From a virus (Duplodnaviria; Caudoviricetes): a stretch of DNA of 46,685 bases. Location: the IMG/VR virus record IMGVR_UViG_3300020045_012035, positions 1 to 46,685 of that record. One strand, written 5' to 3'. Both the position numbers and the translations under genes were made by a program. Below are positions 30,953-40,436 of this stretch, in pieces; position 1 is the first letter of the stretch, and each line of letters opens with the position of its first letter. Below the pieces are notes generated by a model, which saw only the letters and a program-made list of their open reading frames with translations, ran no database searches and was not told the DNA's origin.

Positions 30953-33484
30953 ATGAAGAAGAGTATATTACTACTATTACTTTTAATCAGTGGATCAATC
31001 ATATCGCAAACAAAAGTATACGATACACCTGTAAAATATAAACAAGTTTCTACGCTTAATTCGGTAACTACTACTACTCCAGTACCTGTTTTTGGAGCGG
31101 ATGGGTTATTGCAAAAAGTAATATTAGACGATTTACCGGTTTCTACACTGACGCAGGAGGCTTTAGATTTAAAACTTTCAAAAACAGGCGAAGTATTAAA
31201 TTATTCAACTGATTTCGATCCATTATTTAGTCAAGATCCGACAAGCCTAGTGGTTAAGAAAAGAACAATGCAGCCAGAATCTAGTAGATTCGATCCTACT
31301 CTAGCTCCTATATACGCATGGGGTGACAGTATGACGGATGGATACCTAACAACTAACTACCCTACTCAATTAACTGCGTTATTTGGCTACCCAGTAACAA
31401 ATAGAGGTGTAGGAGGTGAAAATTCTACTCAGATAAAAAACAGATTAGTAGCCGAAACCGCTGCTTATTCTAAATCAGTTATAATTTGGGTAGGCAGAAA
31501 CAATATCGGTAGTCCTGCTACGATTAAAGCAGATATTGCCACAATGATTTCGACTATAGGGCATACAAGATACTTAGTTGTTGGTGTAGTTAATTCCGCC
31601 ACAGAGCCAATAAACAGTGCGAACTGGACATTAATCACAACACTTAATAATGATCTTAAAGCGTTGTACGGCAGTAAGTTCGTTTCGATTAGGGAGCAGA
31701 TAGTAAGTAAATACAATCCTTCACTACCACAGGATGTTATAGATCACGCTAATGATGTACCGCCGGAATCTTTAAGGCTGCCAGCAGATCCTCTGCATTT
31801 GAATACAGCGGGTCAAACAGTAGTTGCTGAATTTTTTAATCAGAGACTTGGTAATATGTTCGACAAAAACGGATATTTGCAGAGTAAAGATTTTAAATAC
31901 TATTCTAATTTATATAGTGATTACATTTATAGAAATCTAAACGATACGTTTACCGGAATAAAATACTCCACAAACACAGGTACAACACAGATAAACGGCT
32001 TAGGCTTAACAAACAACGGCACTACTAGTAATTCGCAAGTTCTTTTAATCAATAATACAAGCACAGGAAACGGACTTACAATAAACAACACTGGAAGCAT
32101 AGGGCAATATACCATTAATGCATTAACTGGTACAGGGCAATATACGAGAAATCTTGCAGGAGGTAGTGGTTACGGAGGCGAAAACGTGGGCGCAGGGACA
32201 TTTATGAGTTTAAACAGTGCCACAGGGTCGTCAGGGTTTCTTTTAGTTTTTAGAAAAAACGGCGCGGCTACTAGCTCATTTGATCAAAACGGCATATTAA
32301 GAACTCCCCCTCCATTAATAACATCAGCCCCAGTTACGAGCGCGGGATCTTACGATTTCCTTACAAGAAATATAGTTACCGATCAAGTTGAGAAAATACC
32401 AAGTGCAAATGTTGCTACTTCTGCCAGCGTTGCATTGAAACAGGACGCTTTAGTTTCGGGAACTAATATAAAAACAGTAAACGGTAACGTATTACCAGGG
32501 AGCGGTAACGTTTCTATTGACATAAATGGAGCATTAAATGAGGGGAGCACAGCAATAGGAAAAACACTAAACCTTATGTCTGCGGATTTTACGCAAGTTG
32601 TACAGACAACACCTACAAATCTAAATATAAATCAGATAGATTTATCTAAATCTGCTGGAATCGCTAATGTAAGCGGAAATATGCATCTTTATGGATCTAA
32701 TCCGACTGGAGACAATCATATAAACTTAAACAATAGAACAGCGTCTGGGACAGCTTACTACAATTTTAATCCAAGTAACACCGCAGGAACTTACACTTTA
32801 TCCACCACAAGTGATATTACTTTACAAAATGTAGTAAACACTGCGCCAGAAGCTTATAAGGGAAGCAGTTATGTTTCTTTGTTGTATGGAGCAGCAGGAA
32901 GCACAAGCAGCGGTTTAGTTTCTGCGGATTTAACCAGCACAAATATTGGTGCTTTGCAGATACAGAATAATGCAGTTTTGTTGCAAAATGATAGTGCCAC
33001 AGATTTCGGAATATTTAAAGTTAACGGGGGACTTATTGATATAACTCAATCAAATATTACGGCGAGTAAAACAACTCATGTTGTGGTAGATACACCAACA
33101 GCAAATACTACCGTATCAGTGCCTGCTCCGTCCGTAGATGGTTCATATACTTTAGCATTAGAAAAATATAAAAGTTATGTAGCGGTACTAAATCAGACTG
33201 GAACTTCTGCGCCAGTTGCAACTGTGCTAGAAAATAGTTTGAGTGGAACTATCGTTTGGAGTTATGTGTCTACTGGTATATATGATGCTACTTTAGCTGG
33301 GGCGTTCAACAGTTCAAAAACCGCTGTTTTTTTCAACAAAGGCGAAGTTACAGGTACAACGTCAGGAAAGAGTGGTGCTTTCGTGAATACTTCTGATACC
33401 GTAAGAGTTATGACCGTTAGCAACGGTTCAAGCTCAAACGGAGAGGTTAACAAAGCAACTATCGAAATACGGGTTTATCCTTAA
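30953..33484 (+). CDS. SGNH/GDSL hydrolase fused to fibre-like beta-rich regions, with a signal-peptide-like N-terminus
   Basis: Blocks WGDSMT, NRGVGG, WVGRNN, DPLH; KQDALVSGTNIKTVNG fibre-like motif; N-terminus MKKSILLLLLLISGSIISQ. Confidence 0.75.
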   Translation: MKKSILLLLLLISGSIISQTKVYDTPVKYKQVSTLNSVTTTTPVPVFGADGLLQKVILDDLPVSTLTQEALDLKLSKTGEVLNYSTDFDPLFSQDPTSLVVKKRTMQPESSRFDPTLAPIYAWGDSMTDGYLTTNYPTQLTALFGYPVTNRGVGGENSTQIKNRLVAETAAYSKSVIIWVGRNNIGSPATIKADIATMISTIGHTRYLVVGVVNSATEPINSANWTLITTLNNDLKALYGSKFVSIREQIVSKYNPSLPQDVIDHANDVPPESLRLPADPLHLNTAGQTVVAEFFNQRLGNMFDKNGYLQSKDFKYYSNLYSDYIYRNLNDTFTGIKYSTNTGTTQINGLGLTNNGTTSNSQVLLINNTSTGNGLTINNTGSIGQYTINALTGTGQYTRNLAGGSGYGGENVGAGTFMSLNSATGSSGFLLVFRKNGAATSSFDQNGILRTPPPLITSAPVTSAGSYDFLTRNIVTDQVEKIPSANVATSASVALKQDALVSGTNIKTVNGNVLPGSGNVSIDINGALNEGSTAIGKTLNLMSADFTQVVQTTPTNLNINQIDLSKSAGIANVSGNMHLYGSNPTGDNHINLNNRTASGTAYYNFNPSNTAGTYTLSTTSDITLQNVVNTAPEAYKGSSYVSLLYGAAGSTSSGLVSADLTSTNIGALQIQNNAVLLQNDSATDFGIFKVNGGLIDITQSNITASKTTHVVVDTPTANTTVSVPAPSVDGSYTLALEKYKSYVAVLNQTGTSAPVATVLENSLSGTIVWSYVSTGIYDATLAGAFNSSKTAVFFNKGEVTGTTSGKSGAFVNTSDTVRVMTVSNGSSSNGEVNKATIEIRVYP

Positions 33485-33508
33485 TTAACAATTTAAAACA
33501 AATATAAT

Positions 33509-33862
33509 ATGAACACAATTAATGAGGTTATTGCAGAATTATTAGGAAGCTACAAAGCTTCTTTTTATATCACCTATTTTATTTTTGTGATGCTTGGAAT
33601 CGTAGTCAGTTTGCGCTTACAGAGTTTGCAGAGAGATAAACAATCCAGCGCAACACCCTTTAAATTTAGCTGGAGATTCCTACTACAAGATAATATAAAA
33701 CAATGGCTAGGATCGTTAGCTTTCGTCTTCTTATCTATCAGAGTAGGTGCGGATACTTGGGGAATAGTGCCTACGTATGCTAGTGCTGTAATCATGGGGC
33801 TATGTTTTGATTATTCTTTAAATCTAGTAGGTAAATGGATTGAAGCTAAAGCTAGAAAGTAA
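33509..33862 (+). CDS. Holin-like membrane protein
   Basis: About three hydrophobic segments, upstream of the endolysin. Confidence 0.5.
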   Translation: MNTINEVIAELLGSYKASFYITYFIFVMLGIVVSLRLQSLQRDKQSSATPFKFSWRFLLQDNIKQWLGSLAFVFLSIRVGADTWGIVPTYASAVIMGLCFDYSLNLVGKWIEAKARK

Positions 33863-33907
33863 TAAGAATTAAAATCCCTTAAATCTAACATTATACCTAA
33901 CACAACA

Positions 33908-34573
33908 ATGGTTTATTTATCAATAGCTTTCAATTTTATAATAAAAATGATTACTTTTAAAAAAGGGTCACTATTATTGTTATCATCACTAGTTAGTTTT
34001 TGCGTGACTTATACTTTAAGTATAACAACAGGATCCTCTACAGGAACTATTAATGCTAGTGTTATACAGACGATACTTAAAGGAGTGGAGTTAAGAGATA
34101 TAATTCTTACAGTTATAATCGAATCTATGTTTGTTACTTTTTTTATAATTTTCACCACTATTGATTTAATAACAGGAATACAAAATGCTTTATATTTTAA
34201 TAGCATAAAAGAAGAGCCTCTTATTTTAAGAGAAGTTATCGAAAGTAATAAATTGTGGAGAACTTTTTGGAAGAGTTTTGGAGTATCTATTTTAACTTTA
34301 ATGCTCACTGGACTAGCTATTTTCATGTTATTAATCAATAGTTACACTCCTTATTGGGTAATTCTATGGTCTCTAATATGTTTTTGGTTAATGGCGTGTG
34401 GTTTTGAATTCTATTCGATTGGAGAGAATTTAGAAAAAAGAAATGAAGGAAAAAAACCACCTATCTTTGGATTTGTAGATAAAGTATTAGAAGCTTTACA
34501 AAAAAAAGCAATAAGTAGAATAGATAATTCTTTCAATATATTAGAAGATAGTAAACTGAGAAAAAATGAATAA
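33908..34573 (+). CDS. Holin (Phage_holin_4-like)
   Basis: Multiple TM segments; IDLITGI...EFYSIGENL pattern; overlaps the endolysin start. Confidence 0.65.
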   Translation: MVYLSIAFNFIIKMITFKKGSLLLLSSLVSFCVTYTLSITTGSSTGTINASVIQTILKGVELRDIILTVIIESMFVTFFIIFTTIDLITGIQNALYFNSIKEEPLILREVIESNKLWRTFWKSFGVSILTLMLTGLAIFMLLINSYTPYWVILWSLICFWLMACGFEFYSIGENLEKRNEGKKPPIFGFVDKVLEALQKKAISRIDNSFNILEDSKLRKNE

Positions 34574-35147
34574 GCAAATAATAGCTTTAATAGTAGATAA
34601 AGCGAAGAAAAATGAATTAAAGCCTTCGAATTTATTGAGCTTTGTTGAAGTGGAGACAGGAGGGCAAGGATTTGATCCTACTACAGGAAAAATCATAATA
34701 CAATTTGAGCCTCTGTGGATGAAAAAGTTAGTACCATTTGTTCCGTCAGGCTTATGGTCTGTAAATAAAGTAGATGTTCAATCGAAAGAGTGGATTGCTT
34801 TTAATGATGCATTTAAAAAAGATCCCGAAGGAGCTATGAAAGCTACTTCTATTGGACTTGGTCAAATAATGGGATTTCATTACAAAAGACTAGGATTTAA
34901 GACTGTAGGCGAAATGTGGAACTTTAGTAAGCAGTCTTTAGAGAATCAAATCGAGTTAATCATTCGATTCATTCTTACTGATCGAAAGCTTTTAAAAGCA
35001 TTAAAAGAAGAAGATTGGGATACTGTCGCAAGCATCTATAATGGAGCTTCTTATAAAGAAATGGCTAAAAAATGGGGTAGAGAACCTTACGATATATCGC
35101 TAGAGAAAGCGGACAAAAAATATTTATTTTATAACAAAGCTGCATAA
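34566..35147 (+). CDS. Endolysin, N-acetylmuramidase (DUF3380-like)
   Basis: VEVETGGQGF..IQFEP..ATSIGLGQIMGFHY..W..ASIYNG. Confidence 0.88.
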   Translation: MNKQIIALIVDKAKKNELKPSNLLSFVEVETGGQGFDPTTGKIIIQFEPLWMKKLVPFVPSGLWSVNKVDVQSKEWIAFNDAFKKDPEGAMKATSIGLGQIMGFHYKRLGFKTVGEMWNFSKQSLENQIELIIRFILTDRKLLKALKEEDWDTVASIYNGASYKEMAKKWGREPYDISLEKADKKYLFYNKAA

Positions 35148-35148
35148 A

Positions 35149-35781
35149 ATGGAATTATTTAAAAAAGCTCTAGATACAATTTCGCAATTACTTCATCTTA
35201 AAAAAGATAAAGTACATTACGCTGATTGCATTATAAGAAATGAGAAAGGACAAATCTTATTGCTTCAAAGAAGTACTCAAGATGATTTTGAGCCTGGTAA
35301 GTGGTGTTTGCCTGGAGGAAAAATAGAGAAAGGAGAAGTTCCTGAATACGCAGCTGCTAGAGAATTGATTGAAGAAACACATCTCCAAACTCCTCTATCA
35401 TTTATTCAAGCAGTAGATAGAGACGATAGCATCTCTTTGTATTATGAGGGGTATGTAAAGTCTAGCGATAATATCATTCTTGATAACGAGGAGCATTATC
35501 AACTACAATGGGTTGATGTAGAAGAGATCGCTAAATTCGATCTACTATTAGATTTAAAAGACACATTAATGAATAAGATCGGATTACCAATCTATTCAAC
35601 AAAATTAATGCAGTTAGATATAGAAGATGTAACCGATTTGTTCAAAAGAAATGATTTGGTTATGAAAAGCTTCGATGCTGGACAGATGAGTACTCAAGAT
35701 TACTTCTACTGTAAAGATATAATCAAATCGCATCTAGATGAAATAGTTAAAGCTGCACAAGAACAAGGATTAATAAACTAA
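35149..35781 (+). CDS. Nudix hydrolase
   Basis: WCLPGGKIEKGEVPEYAAARELIEET Nudix box. Confidence 0.9.
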   Translation: MELFKKALDTISQLLHLKKDKVHYADCIIRNEKGQILLLQRSTQDDFEPGKWCLPGGKIEKGEVPEYAAARELIEETHLQTPLSFIQAVDRDDSISLYYEGYVKSSDNIILDNEEHYQLQWVDVEEIAKFDLLLDLKDTLMNKIGLPIYSTKLMQLDIEDVTDLFKRNDLVMKSFDAGQMSTQDYFYCKDIIKSHLDEIVKAAQEQGLIN

Positions 35782-35786
35782 ACGAG

Positions 35787-37406
35787 ATGAAAACAAATCA
35801 ACAATCATTAGATAAATTCAATTTCTTCATTCCTCTTGAATTGGAAAAAGGAACAGAAGAAAATGGAGGATTAGTTAAGATCAGTGGAGTGGCTTCTACA
35901 GACGCAAAAGACGATGATGGTGAAACATTAATTCCAGCAGGATTTGATTTCGCACCGCTTCTTCAAAGTGGCTTTCTAAATTGGAATCATCAAGCAAGAA
36001 CTACTTCTAAAGCTATTTGTGGAGAGCCTACTTCTGCTAAAATAATCAATAATGGAAAAGATTTCTTTATTGAGGGAGTCATTTATCCTAACGCGGAAGG
36101 AAAGAATGTTATAGAGTTAGCTGAAACTTTAGAGAAACACTCTCCTAATAGAAGATTAGGATTTTCTATTGAAGGACAAGCTATTGAAAGAGATATTTTT
36201 AATCCAAAAAAAGTACTGAGAGCTAAAATTACTGGTGTAGCTATAACGCAATGTCCAAAAAATCCAAACACTTTAATGAACATTATCAAAGGAGAATATG
36301 ATAATGATTTCGATAAAGAAGAGGAAGAAGAGGTTGAAGCTAAAGAAGGTGCAGAAGAAAAGCCGTTAGATAAAGCTATGACGGTTAATATTGATATTAA
36401 TCCTGAATCTGTAGAAGGTGCAGATAAAAAAAAGGAGTTGTCAAACGAATTAAAAAAGAGCGAAATTTACAATCAAATTTATAAACGCTACACAAATAGC
36501 TTTGAAAAAGCTGATCAAATTTATAATTTCATTAACAAAGTAAACGAAAAAAGCATGAATACTAATAACATCACTCCAGAAACGTTAGAAAAAGCATATA
36601 ATTTATTAGATCAATCTTTAGATTTGCAGAAAGGTGATGATCAAAAATCTTTAGAAGATGACGATAAAAACGATGAAGATTCTAAAAAAGATGAAGATAT
36701 CAAAAAATCCGAAGACGATGATTCAGATAAAGATTTAGATAAATCTGCTGACGCCGATGAAGACGATGAAGATTTTGAGAAAGCAATGAATTGTGAAGGA
36801 ATTGCAAAATCCTTTTTAGATAAAGGTATGAGTAAAGATGAAGTAGTGAAAGCTATGACTAGTGTAGGTATTTCTACTACGTTAGCAGAAACATCTTGCT
36901 CAAACTGTATCGCCCAAGCGAATGCTGAAAAAGACGGAGGACATATTGAAGCTTTATCTAAAAGTAACGAAAATGAGTTTGAGAAAGAAGAGTCAAACGC
37001 ACTCATGACCCAAATGCTTGATAAAAAATTTAGCGCCTTAGGTTTTATTTTAAAATCTCAAAGCGAGCAAATTGATAACTTAATTAAATCAAACACAGAA
37101 GTACAAAAAGAATTTCGAGATTTTAAAAATCAGCCGGAAGGTAGAAAATCTGTTACAACAGTAAAAGCTCTTGAAAGATTTGAGAAATCTGCCGACGGCA
37201 CTTCTACAGAGGTTTACGACTCAAGAAATGCAGCTGATATGAATTTATTGGGCGATCGTTTATTTAAAGAATATCAAATGATCAAATCTAACGGAGGCGA
37301 AGATCGCGGTCTAGAAAAAGCAGTATCAGATCTTGAAATTTCAAAAACAACAAATTTCGCAGCAATTTCACCTAGATTAAGACAATTAGGAATACAAGTT
37401 CAATAA
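35787..37406 (+). CDS. Prohead protease fused to an acidic scaffold
   Basis: ISGVASTDAKDDDGE, LNWNH, LGFSIEG, VAITQCPKNPNT (HK97/U35-like); acidic C-terminal half; directly precedes the capsid gene. Confidence 0.88.
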   Translation: MKTNQQSLDKFNFFIPLELEKGTEENGGLVKISGVASTDAKDDDGETLIPAGFDFAPLLQSGFLNWNHQARTTSKAICGEPTSAKIINNGKDFFIEGVIYPNAEGKNVIELAETLEKHSPNRRLGFSIEGQAIERDIFNPKKVLRAKITGVAITQCPKNPNTLMNIIKGEYDNDFDKEEEEEVEAKEGAEEKPLDKAMTVNIDINPESVEGADKKKELSNELKKSEIYNQIYKRYTNSFEKADQIYNFINKVNEKSMNTNNITPETLEKAYNLLDQSLDLQKGDDQKSLEDDDKNDEDSKKDEDIKKSEDDDSDKDLDKSADADEDDEDFEKAMNCEGIAKSFLDKGMSKDEVVKAMTSVGISTTLAETSCSNCIAQANAEKDGGHIEALSKSNENEFEKEESNALMTQMLDKKFSALGFILKSQSEQIDNLIKSNTEVQKEFRDFKNQPEGRKSVTTVKALERFEKSADGTSTEVYDSRNAADMNLLGDRLFKEYQMIKSNGGEDRGLEKAVSDLEISKTTNFAAISPRLRQLGIQVQ

Positions 37407-37460
37407 AAATAGATAATCGGGCAATTAATAGACTAATCGGGAAAAATAAAATTAAACTCA

Positions 37461-38933
37461 ATGACTTCAATCAATGATTATGCAGGAGAAGGATTCGTAG
37501 GTGGCCAAAGCGATGGTCAACTAGAACTTCAAAAAGCAATGTCTACTGGTCAAATTACCGGTAGAGACACAACAGGACAACCTTTAACTCAAGAACCATT
37601 AAAAGCTGAATCTTTAGAGAAAACTTTAAAATTACTTGAGTATAGAACGTCAGATATCAAATTAATGAATTTGATGCCAAAATTAACAGCTTACAACACT
37701 GTTGAGGAGTTCTTACAACTTTCTTCCTATGGTGCGCAAAGAGGAGGTTTCTACGATGAAGGAGAACTTTCTGACGTAGAAGATTCTACTTATATCAGAC
37801 GTGCAGAGCTTGTGAAATATATGCAAGTAACTGGTGAAGTTACTATTCAAGCTCAAATGGTACGCTCTTATGTAGATGCAATGCGTCAAGAGGTTGAGAA
37901 CAAAATGATGTGGATTTTAAGATTAGCGAACAAGTCATTGACTCATGCTGACTCTGAAGTAATTCCTCAACAATTCAATTCTATCTACAAACAACACGCA
38001 TCTGTTGGTGTAACTCAAGATTACTTATATCCAACATTCGAAGCTTATTACAGCTCAGAAGTAGTTATTGATTTAAGAGGTCAATCTCTTAAACAAGGCG
38101 ATTTAGAAGATGCTGCAGTTACTGTAGATGCTAATTATGGTAATGTTTCTCATTTATGTGCTCCTACAACTGTAATCTCTGCCTTAGCTAAAGATTATTA
38201 CGAAGTGCAAAGAATTATTCAAAATGGCACTTATAATGGAAATGTTAATAGTGTTCCTAAAGTGATCTCAACTACTCTTGGAGATGTTCAGCTAGTATCT
38301 GATAAGTTCATGAAAGTAGATCCGCCAAGAATGATCAATACTCCAGCTTCTTCTACGAAATCTCCAGGTGCTCCTACTGTATCTGCAGTAGCGTTAGTAG
38401 CAGATGCTAACAGTAAATATAAGACTGGTGAATTTGGAAACGTATTTTATGCAGTAACTGCTGTAAACAGATATGGAGAATCTAATTTAACACCGTTTGC
38501 AACAGCAGTAACATTAGCAGCTAATCAAGCGGTTAATATCACCTTAGCTCCAGGTGCTGGCTCAATTGTAGCATCAGGATATGTTATTTACAGAACTAAA
38601 GTAACGACAGCAGGAACACCTACTGATTTGGAATTTTTCCCAATCTTCGCAGTGTCGGAATCTGCAAGAGCTAATGGATTTAATGGAGGTGCTGCAGGTA
38701 TTGTAAGAGATAGAGGATATTTCTTACCTGATACAGAACAAGCCTTTGTTACTGATCTAGTTGATGAAGTTCTTTCATTCAAACAATTGGCGCCTATTTC
38801 TAAATTAGATTTAGCTGTTCAATCTATGAGTAGAAGATTTATCTGCTTCCTTTTCGGAACTCCTCAGCTTTATGCTCCGAAAAAAGTGATAAGATTCATT
38901 AATGCAGGAAAAAAATATACTCCAGTAGTATAA
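37461..38933 (+). CDS. Major capsid protein
   Basis: LQK|AMSTG...PLKAESLEKTLK, AYNTVEEF, FKQLAPISKLDLA, QLYAPKK resemble SPO1/Twort-type capsid proteins. Confidence 0.92.
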   Translation: MTSINDYAGEGFVGGQSDGQLELQKAMSTGQITGRDTTGQPLTQEPLKAESLEKTLKLLEYRTSDIKLMNLMPKLTAYNTVEEFLQLSSYGAQRGGFYDEGELSDVEDSTYIRRAELVKYMQVTGEVTIQAQMVRSYVDAMRQEVENKMMWILRLANKSLTHADSEVIPQQFNSIYKQHASVGVTQDYLYPTFEAYYSSEVVIDLRGQSLKQGDLEDAAVTVDANYGNVSHLCAPTTVISALAKDYYEVQRIIQNGTYNGNVNSVPKVISTTLGDVQLVSDKFMKVDPPRMINTPASSTKSPGAPTVSAVALVADANSKYKTGEFGNVFYAVTAVNRYGESNLTPFATAVTLAANQAVNITLAPGAGSIVASGYVIYRTKVTTAGTPTDLEFFPIFAVSESARANGFNGGAAGIVRDRGYFLPDTEQAFVTDLVDEVLSFKQLAPISKLDLAVQSMSRRFICFLFGTPQLYAPKKVIRFINAGKKYTPVV

Positions 38934-38957
38934 GTTAATTCTGTAGAATTTTTACAA

Positions 38958-39000
38958 AACAAAGCATTCATCGATTAAAAGGTGAATGCTTTTGTTGTTT
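38958..39000 (+). terminator. Intrinsic terminator after the capsid gene
   Basis: AAAGCATTCATC/GGTGAATGCTTT followed by a T-rich tail. Confidence 0.7.
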
Positions 39001-39046
39001 AATAATTAAAAATGAAATTTATAGCTTATAATTTAAATTCGTAAAA

Positions 39047-39565
39047 ATGAAAACATTAGTAACAGAACAAGCGTTCAAATTCGGACAGAAAAACATCATT
39101 CCTTTTGCTGGAGAAGTGAGCATTTCATTGACCGGAACAATCGAGGTAGAAGACGACATTGCTCAGTCAGTTGTAGATGCAGATTGTGGATTCTCTTTTC
39201 AAGATGTAATTGTCGATGAAACAACTACGACAACTACTGCAGCTCCTACCACTACAACTACTACAATTGTAGAAGAAGCTACTACCACAACCACAATCGA
39301 CGAAATCAACACTAAACCAAAACAAGATTTAGGTAATGATGATTTAGGAGATTTAGGAGCTGGTCCAACAGGAGATGTGATTGGTGATCAAATTATCGAC
39401 ACAACAACAACAACCACAACAAATATCTCTATCAATGAAGCTAAAGATGAGCTTAATAAGCAAACTCTAGCGCAATTGAAAGAACTTGCTAAAGACTTTC
39501 CTTCTGCTGAATGGAGAGCTTTAAGTAAAGAAAAATTAGTTGATTACATAGTTTCAAAACTATAA
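39047..39565 (+). CDS. Poly-Thr protein with a small helical C-terminal domain
   Basis: Four Thr tracts; C-terminal TLAQLKELAK...LSKEKLVDYI resembles Rho-N/HeH domains. Confidence 0.6.
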   Translation: MKTLVTEQAFKFGQKNIIPFAGEVSISLTGTIEVEDDIAQSVVDADCGFSFQDVIVDETTTTTTAAPTTTTTTIVEEATTTTTIDEINTKPKQDLGNDDLGDLGAGPTGDVIGDQIIDTTTTTTTNISINEAKDELNKQTLAQLKELAKDFPSAEWRALSKEKLVDYIVSKL

Positions 39566-39577
39566 TAATTCTCAATC

Positions 39578-40435
39578 ATGCCACAAATAATTTTAGATTG
39601 CAATAGTATTAAAGATACACAAGCGATTATAGTTTCAGTAGAAGACTTCAAAACAAGATACTTATACGGTCTTCCTTTAGAGAAGGACGGAAAGCCTCTT
39701 CCTGATGATATATTTGAAAATTTTCTAGACATTGCTACTCAACAAATTGAAATGCTATTGAATTTAAAATTAAGAAAAACAATCATTACAGAAAATAAAG
39801 ATTTTCGCTATGATGATTGGGTTAATTGGAGTTATACAAAAGCTTCCTATCCAGTAGTCTGTCCGGTTTCGCTGGACGGCTACTTAGGAACTACTAAACA
39901 AGCAGTCTATCCTAGGCAGTGGCTAGTTTCGAGAGCGACAAGTGATAATAAATTATATAGTAGAATTATGTATATGGTTCCTACTTATGCTGCAGCTGTA
40001 GGAAATCAAAACAGTATAATAGTATCAGGGATTATACCAAATATTAACTGGTTTGCTTCTTACAATAATAACGGAATGATTCCCTGTTATTGGACTCTTT
40101 CATACGTTACAGGATGGAGTAAAGTGCCGTCTGAAATTATAGATGCTATTTGTAAAATGGCAACTATTCAACTGTTGCCAATAATTAGTGATATTCTTAT
40201 GGGTAATTCTAATTCTAATATTCAAGGATCAGGAGTTGGTTGGGGTATTAGTTCTAAATCGATCAGCATTGACGGATTATCTCAATCTTTATCGAGTACA
40301 GCTCCTCAAGGAGGTGTATTTTCAGCAAGATTAAAACAATATCAAACTACTTTAGGAGACACTGTCGGTAAAAATTCAGGAGAACTACAACAATTGATAG
40401 ATTATTATAAAGATATTAACTGGATTTGCGCTTAA
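39578..40435 (+). CDS. Head-tail connector / neck protein
   Basis: Position; YLYGLPL, SYVTG, GISSKSISIDGLSQS. Confidence 0.65.
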   Translation: MPQIILDCNSIKDTQAIIVSVEDFKTRYLYGLPLEKDGKPLPDDIFENFLDIATQQIEMLLNLKLRKTIITENKDFRYDDWVNWSYTKASYPVVCPVSLDGYLGTTKQAVYPRQWLVSRATSDNKLYSRIMYMVPTYAAAVGNQNSIIVSGIIPNINWFASYNNNGMIPCYWTLSYVTGWSKVPSEIIDAICKMATIQLLPIISDILMGNSNSNIQGSGVGWGISSKSISIDGLSQSLSSTAPQGGVFSARLKQYQTTLGDTVGKNSGELQQLIDYYKDINWICA

Positions 40436-40436
40436 T

